A stretch of 24,000 bases of DNA from Nitrososphaerales archaeon (GTDB lineage Archaea; Thermoproteota; Nitrososphaeria; Nitrososphaerales; CADDZS01). Both the position numbers and the translations under genes were made by a program. The stretch's first letter is position 1, and every line of letters starts with the position of its first letter. Shown here one piece after another: positions 1-7,676 of this stretch. A model generated the notes under the pieces. The model made no database searches and was not told the DNA's origin. It saw nothing but the letters and a program-made list of their open reading frames with translations. The stretch spans positions 9,945 through 33,944 of the forward strand of contig JASHPQ010000110.1 in NCBI GenBank assembly GCA_030037995.1, written 5' to 3'.

Positions 1-206
1 GCGAGTAGGTTGAGATGCACGTTGCAGGGGGTAGCCTCGTTCCAGGTGTTCGCCACTCCAATCAGCGGCTTTGCAAGATCCGAGTCGCCCAATCCCATGG
101 CCTTGTACATTGAGCGGTGAGGAGCGTTCTTCGGCCCCTGCAGGACACCTACGCTGTGCAGATTCTTTAACTGTCTTTGAACTGAAGACTGCTGCTTTGC
201 TGGCAC
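1..206 (-). CDS. ilvD: Dihydroxy-acid dehydratase, N-terminal fragment. The gene continues beyond the left edge of the window.
   Basis: It is absent from the ORF track because it is truncated. My reverse-strand translation from GTG at 206 is VPAKQQSSVQRQLKNLHSVGVLQGPKNAPHRSMYKAMGLGDSDLAKPLIGVANTWNEATPCNVHLNLL. This matches the conserved IlvD N-terminus (APHRS..KA.G..D.D..KP.IG(V/I)AN.WNE..PCN.HL). An in-frame stop lies at 210-212 just upstream. Confidence 0.75.
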   Translation of the reverse strand, partial: MPAKQQSSVQRQLKNLHSVGVLQGPKNAPHRSMYKAMGLGDSDLAKPLIGVANTWNEATPCNVHLNLL

Positions 207-308
207 TGTCTAACTTTCCAAAAGACCACTAGACAGACGGAGTTTAAAGAAGTTTACATGCTGCAAGAAAAAATACAGCGGCAGAGGGAATAGCTTCCCG
301 CGATTTTC

Positions 309-566
309 ATGCACAAGATAGTGATCTTTTCGAAAGAGGGGTGTCATCTCTGCGAACGTGCGATTATTAAGCTCCAAGACTTTTCGGAGACTGGCATGTT
401 TGATTTGGAAATCTCAGACATAACGAAAGATAGCGCCCTCTTCGAAAAATACTTTCTTTCCATTCCGGTCGTGGAGCTCGACGGGAGAATTGTCTTTCGA
501 GCGACCGATCTCCGCAGGCCGGAGGACATCGAGATAAAACTGGACTCCATTGTCTCAGACCTATAG
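309..566 (+). CDS. Small glutaredoxin-like thioredoxin-fold protein with a CxxC redox motif.
   Basis: The protein is 85 aa with an ATG start. It has 'IVIFSKEGCHLCE' (beta-strand followed by CxxC) and a later 'IPVVELDG' (cis-Pro region), the typical layout of glutaredoxin/NrdH-like small redoxins. Confidence 0.8.
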   Translation: MHKIVIFSKEGCHLCERAIIKLQDFSETGMFDLEISDITKDSALFEKYFLSIPVVELDGRIVFRATDLRRPEDIEIKLDSIVSDL

Positions 567-1092
567 TGAAGAATCGTTCTGGTCAACAAATCAGAGGAAA
601 GAGGCCCAAAACACTGTAGCGATCTTTTCGGATCATAGATAGTATGGAATTCGAAAGTACTTTTTCTATTTAGAGCAATTGGGTAAGGCTAACAATAGCC
701 AAAGGGAGTTCAATGGATCCATCAAATTACTATGGCTCGCCCCCGCATGCGTTACCTCCGAGGGGGCCCTAGGTCTAATAACTAAAGCAACCCCGTGGGT
801 AGATGATCCTCTCGGAACCGTCCAATGTGTTCAACCCGGCAGATCATCTCGATTTTCTCAAAACTTGAAATGCTCCATGCGTACGGCCTCTCGTCACAAT
901 CTATTCTCTCCGATTGCCGCAGATTATTAGGAGAAAGCATCCACATTTTCTCAAGCTTCCAGAGTCAAACAAGGAAAACGATGACCCAGATTCTCTACAG
1001 GATTGCAAATCCATGCGGGAAATGAATCTTGATACCTAACTTCTTTTATCCGCGATACGCGAAAATTTCGAGTGACGGAGGAGCAGGGGAGC

Positions 1093-2367
1093 ATGGCGGA
1101 TTCGCTTACGGTGAGAGACAATCGAACAGGAAAGGAATACGAGATCCCGATCAGCGAGGGGGCAATTCGGTCGGCAGAATTTAGAAACATAAAGGTAAGC
1201 GCTGAAGATTTTGGTTTATTGGCTTACGATCCTGCCTTCATGAACACCGCTTCATGCAAGAGCAAGATCACCTTCATAGATGGAGATAAAGGAATTCTGC
1301 GTTATCGTGGGTATCCCATTGAAGAACTGGCCGAGAGAAGAAAGTATCTGGAGGTGGCGTACCTCTTGATTTACGGCGAGTTGCCTTCCACGACTGAGCT
1401 CAGGGACTGGACTCACAACATTACCTATCATACAATGGTGCACGAGAACATCAAGAAGTTTTTCGACGGCTTCCATTACGACGCTCATCCAATGGGGATG
1501 CTCGTCACCACGATCGCCGCGCTCTCCACTTTCTATCCGAACGCGAAGAATATTTTCGACGAAAAGACCCGGGAGTTGCAAATTTACAGGTTGATAGGGA
1601 AGATCCCGACGCTTGCTGCGTTTGCCTACCGACACTCCCAGGGAATGGCATACATCTACCCCAACAACGAGCTGAACTACGCCGAGAATTTTCTCACGAT
1701 GATGTACAGACCGCCTTCTACCTCGACTTATGAGCCGAACCCGGTTCTTGCCAAGGCACTCGACGTGCTCTTCATTCTCCACGCGGATCACGAGCAAAAC
1801 TGCAGTTCCACTGCTATGAGGACAGTGGGAAGCTCACACGCTGACCCCTACAGTGCTGCCGCTGCGGCTTGCGCTGCGTTGTACGGGCCACTTCACGGAG
1901 GCGCCAACGAGGAGGTGCTCAAAATGCTCGAGGAAATCGGGACGAAGGAGAAAGTCCCCGAAATCATCCGGCAGGTGAAGGCGGGCGACAGACTGCTCAT
2001 GGGATTCGGCCACCGCGTCTACAAGAACTATGACCCTAGAGCCAAGATAATCAAGAAAATCGCCGAAGAGGTCTTCGAGGTCACCGGCCGGAACAGACTG
2101 CTTGACATCGCCCTCGAACTGGAAAAGGTAGCCCTGTCTGATGAGTATTTCATAAAGAGAAAGCTGTACCCCAACGTCGATTTTTACTCTGGCCTGATTT
2201 ATCAGGCGATGGGTTTCCCCATGGACATTTTCACCGTGCTATTTGCGATCCCCAGAATGTCTGGCTGGCTCGCGCAGTGGAAGGAGCTCTTGCAGGATCC
2301 GGAGCAAAAGATATCGAGGCCTCGGCAGATTTACGAGGGGTATCCTGAACGGCACGTTCCGCCCTAG
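1093..2367 (+). CDS. gltA: Citrate synthase of the large GltA-like form. A 2-methylcitrate synthase activity cannot be excluded.
   Basis: It carries 'LHADHEQNCSSTAMR', 'GPLHGGANEEVLKMLEEIG', 'MGFGHRVYKNYDPRA' and 'KLYPNVDFYSG', and reads collinear with E. coli GltA along its length. The track ORF starts at GTG 1072. I prefer the in-frame ATG at 1093, which is preceded by GGAGGAG at 1077-1083. Confidence 0.9.
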   Translation: MADSLTVRDNRTGKEYEIPISEGAIRSAEFRNIKVSAEDFGLLAYDPAFMNTASCKSKITFIDGDKGILRYRGYPIEELAERRKYLEVAYLLIYGELPSTTELRDWTHNITYHTMVHENIKKFFDGFHYDAHPMGMLVTTIAALSTFYPNAKNIFDEKTRELQIYRLIGKIPTLAAFAYRHSQGMAYIYPNNELNYAENFLTMMYRPPSTSTYEPNPVLAKALDVLFILHADHEQNCSSTAMRTVGSSHADPYSAAAAACAALYGPLHGGANEEVLKMLEEIGTKEKVPEIIRQVKAGDRLLMGFGHRVYKNYDPRAKIIKKIAEEVFEVTGRNRLLDIALELEKVALSDEYFIKRKLYPNVDFYSGLIYQAMGFPMDIFTVLFAIPRMSGWLAQWKELLQDPEQKISRPRQIYEGYPERHVPP

Positions 2368-2454
2368 TAGCCTTTTCCACTTTTCATTAACGGCTTTCAC
2401 GGGCCAACAGCAAACGAGATATGTTGGTCTTTTGGTGTCCTAATCTCGTTTGGC

Positions 2455-2793
2455 ATGATAACGAAAATGGGCTCTATTGCTGTAGTGGTGAGAGACGAAA
2501 AGAAAGCGGCAAACTGGTACAAATCCAAGCTTGGATTTGTGATCAAAAGCAACATGGAACATTGGGTCACAGTTGCGCCAAAAGGTGCGAGAGGCGCGGT
2601 GTTGCATCTTTGCAAAACAAAGCCACTGGAGAAGGGAAATACTGGAATCGCGTTCAGCGTTGACAACCTAGAGCGGACTTACAGAGATCTTTCGAAGAAG
2701 GGCGTCAGGTTCACCGTTAAGCCCAGAGATGATGGGTGGGGGCTTTACGCGATGTTCGCGGACCTTGATGGAAACGTATTCTGGTTGTCCTAG
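2455..2793 (+). CDS. VOC-superfamily protein (glyoxalase / bleomycin-resistance fold).
   Basis: The protein is 112 aa. It shows the beta-alpha-beta-beta-beta style pattern 'GSIAVVVRDEKKAANWY..LGF' and a C-terminal 'FADLDGNVFWL', typical of the VOC fold. The usual metal ligands (N-terminal His, C-terminal Glu) appear replaced by Ser and Trp. Confidence 0.7.
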   Translation: MITKMGSIAVVVRDEKKAANWYKSKLGFVIKSNMEHWVTVAPKGARGAVLHLCKTKPLEKGNTGIAFSVDNLERTYRDLSKKGVRFTVKPRDDGWGLYAMFADLDGNVFWLS

Positions 2794-3317
2794 GAACTTG
2801 CGGAGCCTTGCTCGGCTCTGTGCAACCCCATCCGTTCAACGAGACGTTTCATCTGCTCGTCCGTGATCCACTCTATTTTCAAGTACTCGACTATCTGGTC
2901 GTCGGAGAATCCAATTCGCCTAGCCTCATCTACGGTACCTAGATAGGCTTCGATCTCAATAGGGCTGTCCACGTATTCAAAATCATTCAGGAACAGCTCC
3001 TTCCCCTCCATGAACTGCTTCACATGGTGCAGTTCGTGCACGACGTCCAGGTAGATAATTGCCTGATCCGCTGTTCGCAAATGATAAGCGCTGATCAGCA
3101 AGTGACCGTCCTCATCACTGACCGCCATGTAACCGAACCTGGCGGAATAAAATTCGACCTTCAAATTGTGGAGGATCTGATCCGTTTTCTCACCAAACAA
3201 TTTCCTTATGATCGGAATGTTTTCGAATCCCGCAAAATAGTCGGTAAATGGATAGAGGTTCACTTTGGCCTCTCTATTGATCTGAACATCAGGAAGCGTA
3301 GGCCCCCGTGAATCCAA
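2790..3317 (-). CDS. Hypothetical protein with an HExxH zinc-metallopeptidase motif.
   Basis: The ORF is 175 aa and contains 'YLDVVHELHHVKQFMEGKE...IEIEAY', an HExxH followed by downstream Glu residues in a gluzincin-like arrangement. It lies in tandem with the hydrolase gene, 53 bp downstream of it. Only TTG (3317) or an internal GTG is available as a start. Confidence 0.55.
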   Translation of the reverse strand: MDSRGPTLPDVQINREAKVNLYPFTDYFAGFENIPIIRKLFGEKTDQILHNLKVEFYSARFGYMAVSDEDGHLLISAYHLRTADQAIIYLDVVHELHHVKQFMEGKELFLNDFEYVDSPIEIEAYLGTVDEARRIGFSDDQIVEYLKIEWITDEQMKRLVERMGLHRAEQGSASS

Positions 3318-3370
3318 GATTGTCAGCTGTCCGATATTCGCTTCTCAGAGAGTTAAAGTTGTATAGCTGT

Positions 3371-4123
3371 TCAGTCTAGGGCGGAGGCAAATTCGATGAG
3401 GTGGCGATTAAAGTCAGCCGGCCTTTCGAGCATCGGAAGATGAGAGGCGTCCCTCATGATGACAAGCTTCGATTTTGGAATATTCTCCTTCAAGTAGGTA
3501 GACCAAGTCACGGGCGTCATCTTGTCCTCCTCCCCCACGATTATCAAAACCGGAATTAGAATCGATTGGAGTTTCTGCCTAACGTCAAAACTGTTGCAAG
3601 CTTCGTAATCGCTTGCTGCAATTCCGTTGTTGCACTTCAAAATCTCATTGGTCACAAATCGTATCGTTTCTAGATTTGTCTTTGACGAAAATTGCCTGGG
3701 TCCGACAACAGCCTTTACCGTTTCTTCGAATCTGGATCTGAGACCCTCGCGGATGGAAGGGAGGACGCCTAACTTTGCACCCGTACACACGAGTACGATT
3801 CCCCTCAAGGAATTTGGATGCTGGATCGCATTCAATAGCGTGATCGCTCCGCCCATGGAATGCCCTACAAGGATTGGTCTCTCCCGGCAGGTCGTTGCCA
3901 CAAACTCTGAGACAATTTTCGAATAACTTGCAATTTCGATATTGCAGGGAAGGGGTGAGGATTTACCGTGACCCGGAAGATCTACGGTTATGATTTTGAA
4001 TCGATCGGAAAGAGTCCTTTGATGATTCCAGAAGGATGAATTCTCGCATGCACCGTGGACAAACACAATTGGTTTGCCCAGCCCGGTTTCGTTGTATGCA
4101 ACGTTTGAGCCGTTCAACAACAA
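3371..4123 (-). CDS. Alpha/beta-fold hydrolase.
   Basis: It has 'VFVHGACENSSFW' (HG oxyanion region), 'GHSMGG' (GxSxG nucleophile elbow), 'GEEDKMTP' (acid) and 'DASHLPMLERP' (catalytic His). A TTG start is preceded on the minus strand by an ATAAATAAAA box at 4141-4150. Confidence 0.85.
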   Translation of the reverse strand: MLLNGSNVAYNETGLGKPIVFVHGACENSSFWNHQRTLSDRFKIITVDLPGHGKSSPLPCNIEIASYSKIVSEFVATTCRERPILVGHSMGGAITLLNAIQHPNSLRGIVLVCTGAKLGVLPSIREGLRSRFEETVKAVVGPRQFSSKTNLETIRFVTNEILKCNNGIAASDYEACNSFDVRQKLQSILIPVLIIVGEEDKMTPVTWSTYLKENIPKSKLVIMRDASHLPMLERPADFNRHLIEFASALD

Positions 4124-4140
4124 CTGGGGAACATTTGACG

Positions 4141-4150
4141 TTTTATTTAT
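4141..4150 (-). promoter_or_regulatory. TATA-like box upstream of the hydrolase gene.
   Basis: The minus strand reads ATAAATAAAA about 20-27 nt upstream of the TTG triplets at 4123-4115. This spacing fits a near-leaderless archaeal-type promoter. Confidence 0.3.
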
Positions 4151-4359
4151 GCACCAAATCTACATTCGTAGAGAGATATGAAGCCGCTAGGAATCCTTAG
4201 GAAATTGATCCTGCAACAACTTCGCGTGCGCCTATCGTATGAGTGCGGGGGGTATAAGCTATTCTACACCTTGGCCGGCGAATCGCCGGAAACAAACCTA
4301 ACTCGTTAACTATTACTTTTTTTGTCGATTCCATAGTATCTAATTGGAAAATTCTCGCG

Positions 4360-6003
4360 TTAAACAAGAGCGCGCGGATAATACTCGCCGAAAACCGTCC
4401 TCAGAGCGTCGCTTATTTCCCCCGTAGTAACGCCGGCTTTCGTTGCTTGAATTATGAAGGGAACAAGATTATTCTCATCTCCGTGACTCCTCCGTGAAGC
4501 TCGTTCCTGCAATGCGGAAATGGCCTTTTCACAGGAGGATCTGTCACGTTTTCTCCTGAAGTCTTGCAGGTGACTCAGCTGTCTTTCGATGGATTTTTTA
4601 GAAATTTGAAGAACTTTGAGTGGTTCTCTCTCCTCGCTCTGGAACATATTGACACCAACGACAACCTTCTTTTTTTCGTCGACTTCTTTTTCGTACTTGT
4701 AGGCGCTGTTCTGAATTTCTTTTTGAATGTAGCCGGCCTTGATGGCCTCTAGGGCTCCGCCTAGTCGCTCGATCTTTTCGAGCTCTTCGTTTGCAAGAGC
4801 TTCGATTTCGTCCGTCAGACATTCCAAGTAGTAGGAACCTCCCAAAGGGTCCGCCGTTTTGATTACCCCAGATTCTTCCGCGATGATCTGCTGTGTTCGG
4901 AGAGCTATCGTCACGGCGTCTTCAGAGGGCAAACCGAGCGCCTCGTCAAAGGAGTTGGTATGCAGTGACTGGGCACCTCCTAGTACCGCAGCAAGTGCCT
5001 GCACGGAGACCCGGATGACGTTGTTGTGCGGTTGTTGCGCGGTGAGTGTTTCTCCGCTCGTCTGCGCGTGGAACTTTAGCTTCATGGAGTTTTCGTTCCT
5101 GGAATTGAACCGATCTTTAACGATCTTTGCCCAAATTCTCCTTGCTGCCCTAAACTTCGCAATCTCCTCCAAAAAGTCATTTCGACATGCAAAGAAAAAC
5201 GAGAGCTGATCACAGAAAGCGTCTATGGCAAATCCTCTATCAATTACTCCCTTGACGTACTCAATAGCATCCGCGAACGTGAAAGCAAGCTCTTGAACCG
5301 CGCTGGCTCCCGCCTCCCGCATGTGATAACCAGATATGCTGATCGGATGCCATTTCGGCATTTCCTTGGAGCAGAAGGTTATGAGATCGATGCTGAGGTC
5401 GAATGAGGGATCCGGAGGATAAATGAAAGTATTCCGCGCCGCGTACTCTTTCAAAATATCGTTTTGAGTCGTCCCCCTCAGAGTCGATCTCGAGATCCCG
5501 TTTGCTTCAGCCGCAACGACGTACATCGACAACATGATCGACGCGGTTGCGTTAATCGTCATGCTCGTCGAAACTTTGTCAACTGGAATGTCTGACAGTA
5601 GGGTGTCCATGTTTTCCAGAGTGCTTATTGCTACTCCCACCTTGCCAACTTCCCCCTCGGATCTCGAGCTGTCTGAGTCGAAACCCAGCTGCGTCGGCAG
5701 GTCGAAGGCAATGCTCAAACCCGTCTGCCCTCGCTCCAGCAAGTACTTGAATCGCCTGTTCGTGTCTTCAGCGGTTCCAAAGCCGGAGTACTCACGCATC
5801 GTCCACAAACGCTCCCGGAACATTTCACGATAGATTCCACGAGTGAATGGAAAGATCCCTGGTTCCTCGTTTATTTCGCGAGTTGTTGTCGAAGAATAAA
5901 AGGACTTGACTGGGATTCCCGAATCGGTTTCGAACTTCTTTTCGTCTTTCACCTTTCGGTCTTGATTCAGGACAGTCAAATGAGTCATGCTCGCCTCATT
6001 CAT
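4360..6003 (-). CDS. mcmA: Methylmalonyl-CoA mutase, catalytic (substrate-binding TIM-barrel) subunit. It has no fused B12 domain.
   Basis: It carries 'FPFTRGIY...LWTMREYSGFGTAEDTN', 'GLSIAFDLPTQLGFDSD', 'TSMTINA', 'GTTQNDILKEYAARNTFIYPP', 'SISGYHMREAGAS' and 'AARRIWA'. The Tyr (..EYSGF) and Arg (..AARNT) at the carboxylate-binding positions fit a true MCM. GGGAGA lies 6-11 nt upstream of ATG 6003. Confidence 0.92.
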   Translation of the reverse strand: MNEASMTHLTVLNQDRKVKDEKKFETDSGIPVKSFYSSTTTREINEEPGIFPFTRGIYREMFRERLWTMREYSGFGTAEDTNRRFKYLLERGQTGLSIAFDLPTQLGFDSDSSRSEGEVGKVGVAISTLENMDTLLSDIPVDKVSTSMTINATASIMLSMYVVAAEANGISRSTLRGTTQNDILKEYAARNTFIYPPDPSFDLSIDLITFCSKEMPKWHPISISGYHMREAGASAVQELAFTFADAIEYVKGVIDRGFAIDAFCDQLSFFFACRNDFLEEIAKFRAARRIWAKIVKDRFNSRNENSMKLKFHAQTSGETLTAQQPHNNVIRVSVQALAAVLGGAQSLHTNSFDEALGLPSEDAVTIALRTQQIIAEESGVIKTADPLGGSYYLECLTDEIEALANEELEKIERLGGALEAIKAGYIQKEIQNSAYKYEKEVDEKKKVVVGVNMFQSEEREPLKVLQISKKSIERQLSHLQDFRRKRDRSSCEKAISALQERASRRSHGDENNLVPFIIQATKAGVTTGEISDALRTVFGEYYPRALV

Positions 6004-6018
6004 TTTTCTTTCTCCCAG

Positions 6019-6981
6019 TTAACGGTTCTCTTTCCTGAGAATGTACTTTTGAGCTAATTGATGTGCCGCGGCATCTGGATCGATATCTTTTTTCAAAAGT
6101 CGATTGAGCATGGTAGCAAATTCTGGATCTCTTGGAAGCACGGCGGTCAACTCCGAGATCACTAAGTCACTGATCCTCTTAGTCAGCTCTTTCTGCAATT
6201 TCATCGAGGATTCAGCCGACGAGCTCCCCGACTTCTTCAAAAATTCTCCGTGATCCTCGATCGCAGTCACCAATTCATTCATCCCTTCGGATGACCTGGC
6301 GCTCACCTTTATGGCTCTTTGCTGCCAGCCGGATTCCTTTGCGGAGAGGACAGAACCGAGATTGTATAACACTTTGTCCGCACCAGGCAGATCGCACTTG
6401 TTTACTGCAAAAATGTCTCCGATTTCAACCAACCCAGCCTTGGCGGCTTGTATCTCGTCACCGAGCTCTGGCATCAAAACAACTATTATAGTGTCCGCTA
6501 CGTCCACTATTTCTACTTCCGTCTGACCGATTCCGACAGTCTCCACAAACACAATATCAAAACCTGCCGCGTCAAGTGTCCTAACCACGTCTTTGGATGC
6601 GCGCGACAATCCGCCTTCGTCTCCCCTCGACGCCATGCTCCTGATGTAGACATTTGGATCAAGAGAGTGGTCTAACATTCTGACTCGATCTCCCAAGATG
6701 GCCCCTCCAGACACCGGACTGGAAGGATCAACGGCCAATACGGCGACTTTTTTCTCTTTCAGTCGGTACGACTTTACAAGCTGATCCACGAGAGAACTCT
6801 TGCCGGTTCCGAGCGGCCCAGTCACGCCTATTATGTGCGCTCGACCCGTGTGCATGTATATCTCTTTCATGAGCGACGAGTAATCGGGCTCTTCGTTTTC
6901 AACGATCGTAATAGCTTTTGAGAGAGAGTTTCTTTCACCCCTTAAAACCCGCTCCGAAACAGTTGGCAACTGGAACTGCAT
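6019..6981 (-). CDS. meaB: MeaB/ArgK-type G-protein chaperone for B12-dependent mutases.
   Basis: It has the P-loop 'GVTGPLGTGKSS', then 'AVLAVDPSSPVSGGAILGDRVRM', 'ETVGIGQTE' and 'VNKCD' (the NKxD motif). It lies 15 bp upstream of mcmA on the same strand. The track ORF extends to GTG 7056, but that would run over the neighbouring promoter, so I prefer ATG 6981 (MQFQLPTV...). Confidence 0.9.
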   Translation of the reverse strand: MQFQLPTVSERVLRGERNSLSKAITIVENEEPDYSSLMKEIYMHTGRAHIIGVTGPLGTGKSSLVDQLVKSYRLKEKKVAVLAVDPSSPVSGGAILGDRVRMLDHSLDPNVYIRSMASRGDEGGLSRASKDVVRTLDAAGFDIVFVETVGIGQTEVEIVDVADTIIVVLMPELGDEIQAAKAGLVEIGDIFAVNKCDLPGADKVLYNLGSVLSAKESGWQQRAIKVSARSSEGMNELVTAIEDHGEFLKKSGSSSAESSMKLQKELTKRISDLVISELTAVLPRDPEFATMLNRLLKKDIDPDAAAHQLAQKYILRKENR

Positions 6982-7047
6982 TCCGAAACAGAGATTTATC
7001 AATCTTGAAACGAAGGCCCATTCAATTTCGGAGAAAGGAAAGTGAGG

Positions 7048-7053
7048 TATAAT
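7048..7053 (+). promoter_or_regulatory. TATAAT/TATA-like element upstream of the tRNA-binding-domain gene.
   Basis: 'GGTATAATC' sits about 40 nt upstream of ATG 7091. GGTGGTGA lies immediately before the ATG. Confidence 0.3.
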
Positions 7054-7090
7054 CACAAGAGTAATCTACCGGGCCTTGGGTGGTGAAATT

Positions 7091-7450
7091 ATGTCTCTAA
7101 ACACAGCCTCGGTGAAGCCAACCATCACCTTGCAGGAGTCGGAAAAGGTAGACATCAGAGTCGGTAGAATCTTAGTTGTAGAAGACATCTCCAAATCAGA
7201 TACATTAGTACGGCTGACAGTTGACTTTGGAAGCTTTCAACGGAAGATCATCTCTGGAATGAAGATAGAACGGCCCAATTTTGCAGAGGTTCAAGGGAGG
7301 CAGGCCCTTTTCGTGGTGAATATCGCACCGAGGATAATTATGGGAGAAGTCTCAGAAGGAATGCTGTTTGACATAGGCTACTCTGATGGAATCGTTCCGG
7401 TGCTCGCGGTTCCAGAGAAGGAGGTGCCTAACGGAGTACGAGCTGGCTGA
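7091..7450 (+). CDS. Stand-alone tRNA-binding OB-fold protein (CsaA / Trbp111 / EMAP-II-like domain).
   Basis: It has 'VDIRVGRILVVEDISKSDTLVRLTVDFG...RKIISGMK...GRQALFVVNIAPRIIMGEVSEGMLF', the characteristic tRNA_bind domain pattern. ATG 7091 is preceded by GGTGA. The track start at TTG 7076 is less likely. Confidence 0.8.
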   Translation: MSLNTASVKPTITLQESEKVDIRVGRILVVEDISKSDTLVRLTVDFGSFQRKIISGMKIERPNFAEVQGRQALFVVNIAPRIIMGEVSEGMLFDIGYSDGIVPVLAVPEKEVPNGVRAG

Positions 7451-7624
7451 TTTATCAACGCACGAGCAGACGGCGTACAAAAAAGGGAACTGACATTTAG
7501 CTAGCTTCTACTAGAAGATAACTACCTCGATTATCGATGCCACCGGAAAAGCGCACTCGCTTCTTCGCGACGGAAGGCAATCATTTTTAGCTGAAGTGAT
7601 TTTGTAACAATTTAGGAAAGTGCG

Positions 7625-7630
7625 TATATA
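7625..7630 (+). promoter_or_regulatory. TATA box candidate for the small Zn-finger ORF.
   Basis: TATATA lies 47 nt upstream of ATG 7677. GGTG at 7667-7670 lies 6 nt before the ATG. Confidence 0.3.
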
Positions 7631-7676
7631 GTTCGTGTTAGCCGTCCTACATACAAAAGAAACACAGGTGTTTGCA

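Noticed and set aside
594-850. Possible RNase P or SRP RNA. The cues are 'GAGGAAAG' at 594-601 resembling RNase P CR-I, 'GGGTAAGG' at 681-688, 'AACCCGGC' at 833-840 and 'AAGGGAG' at 702-708.
   Set aside because: The full CR-I (GAGGAAAGUCC) and CR-V (ACAGAA..CGGCUUA) are absent on both strands. The candidate P4 strands are not complementary. No SRP helix-8 'GGAAGGGAGCA'-type motif is present. The similarity is limited to short strings.
679-1190. Track ORFs 679-930 (+), 825-1025 (+) and 951-1190 (-), plus a 54-aa minus-strand ORF at 782-946.
   Set aside because: They have no motifs, non-protein-like composition and alternative-start dependence. One overlaps the citrate synthase start. I treat the region as non-coding or unexplained (see the finding for 567-1092) rather than calling CDSs.
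1252-1797. 181-aa minus-strand ORF.
   Set aside because: It is antisense within citrate synthase and has an Arg/Val/Gly-rich shadow composition.
4178-4309. 43-aa plus-strand ORF (MKPLGILRKLILQQLRVRLSYECGGYKLFYTLAGESPETNLTR). It has a TATA-like box about 30 nt upstream, an internal CCGGCGA-A-TCGCCGG palindrome (4274-4288) and a T7 tract at 4316-4322.
   Set aside because: The TATA box is more simply explained as the promoter of the divergent hydrolase gene. The peptide has no distinguishing features. There is too little evidence to call it, although it would merit a look in RNA-seq or Ribo-seq data.
6982-7056. N-terminal extension of MeaB from GTG 7056 (track ORF start).
   Set aside because: The extension (MIIPHFPFSEIEWAFVSRLINLCFG) is not part of the MeaB fold. 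It would also overlap the TATAAT element of the divergent gene. ATG 6981 gives a normal-length protein.
7452-7634. Cluster of short palindromes (AGCTAGCT, CTTCTA-C-TAGAAG, TCGAT-T-ATCGA) in the spacer after the tRNA-binding-domain gene.
   Set aside because: Each is only 8-13 nt, within chance expectation for an AT-balanced spacer. No repeat of them occurs elsewhere in the window.
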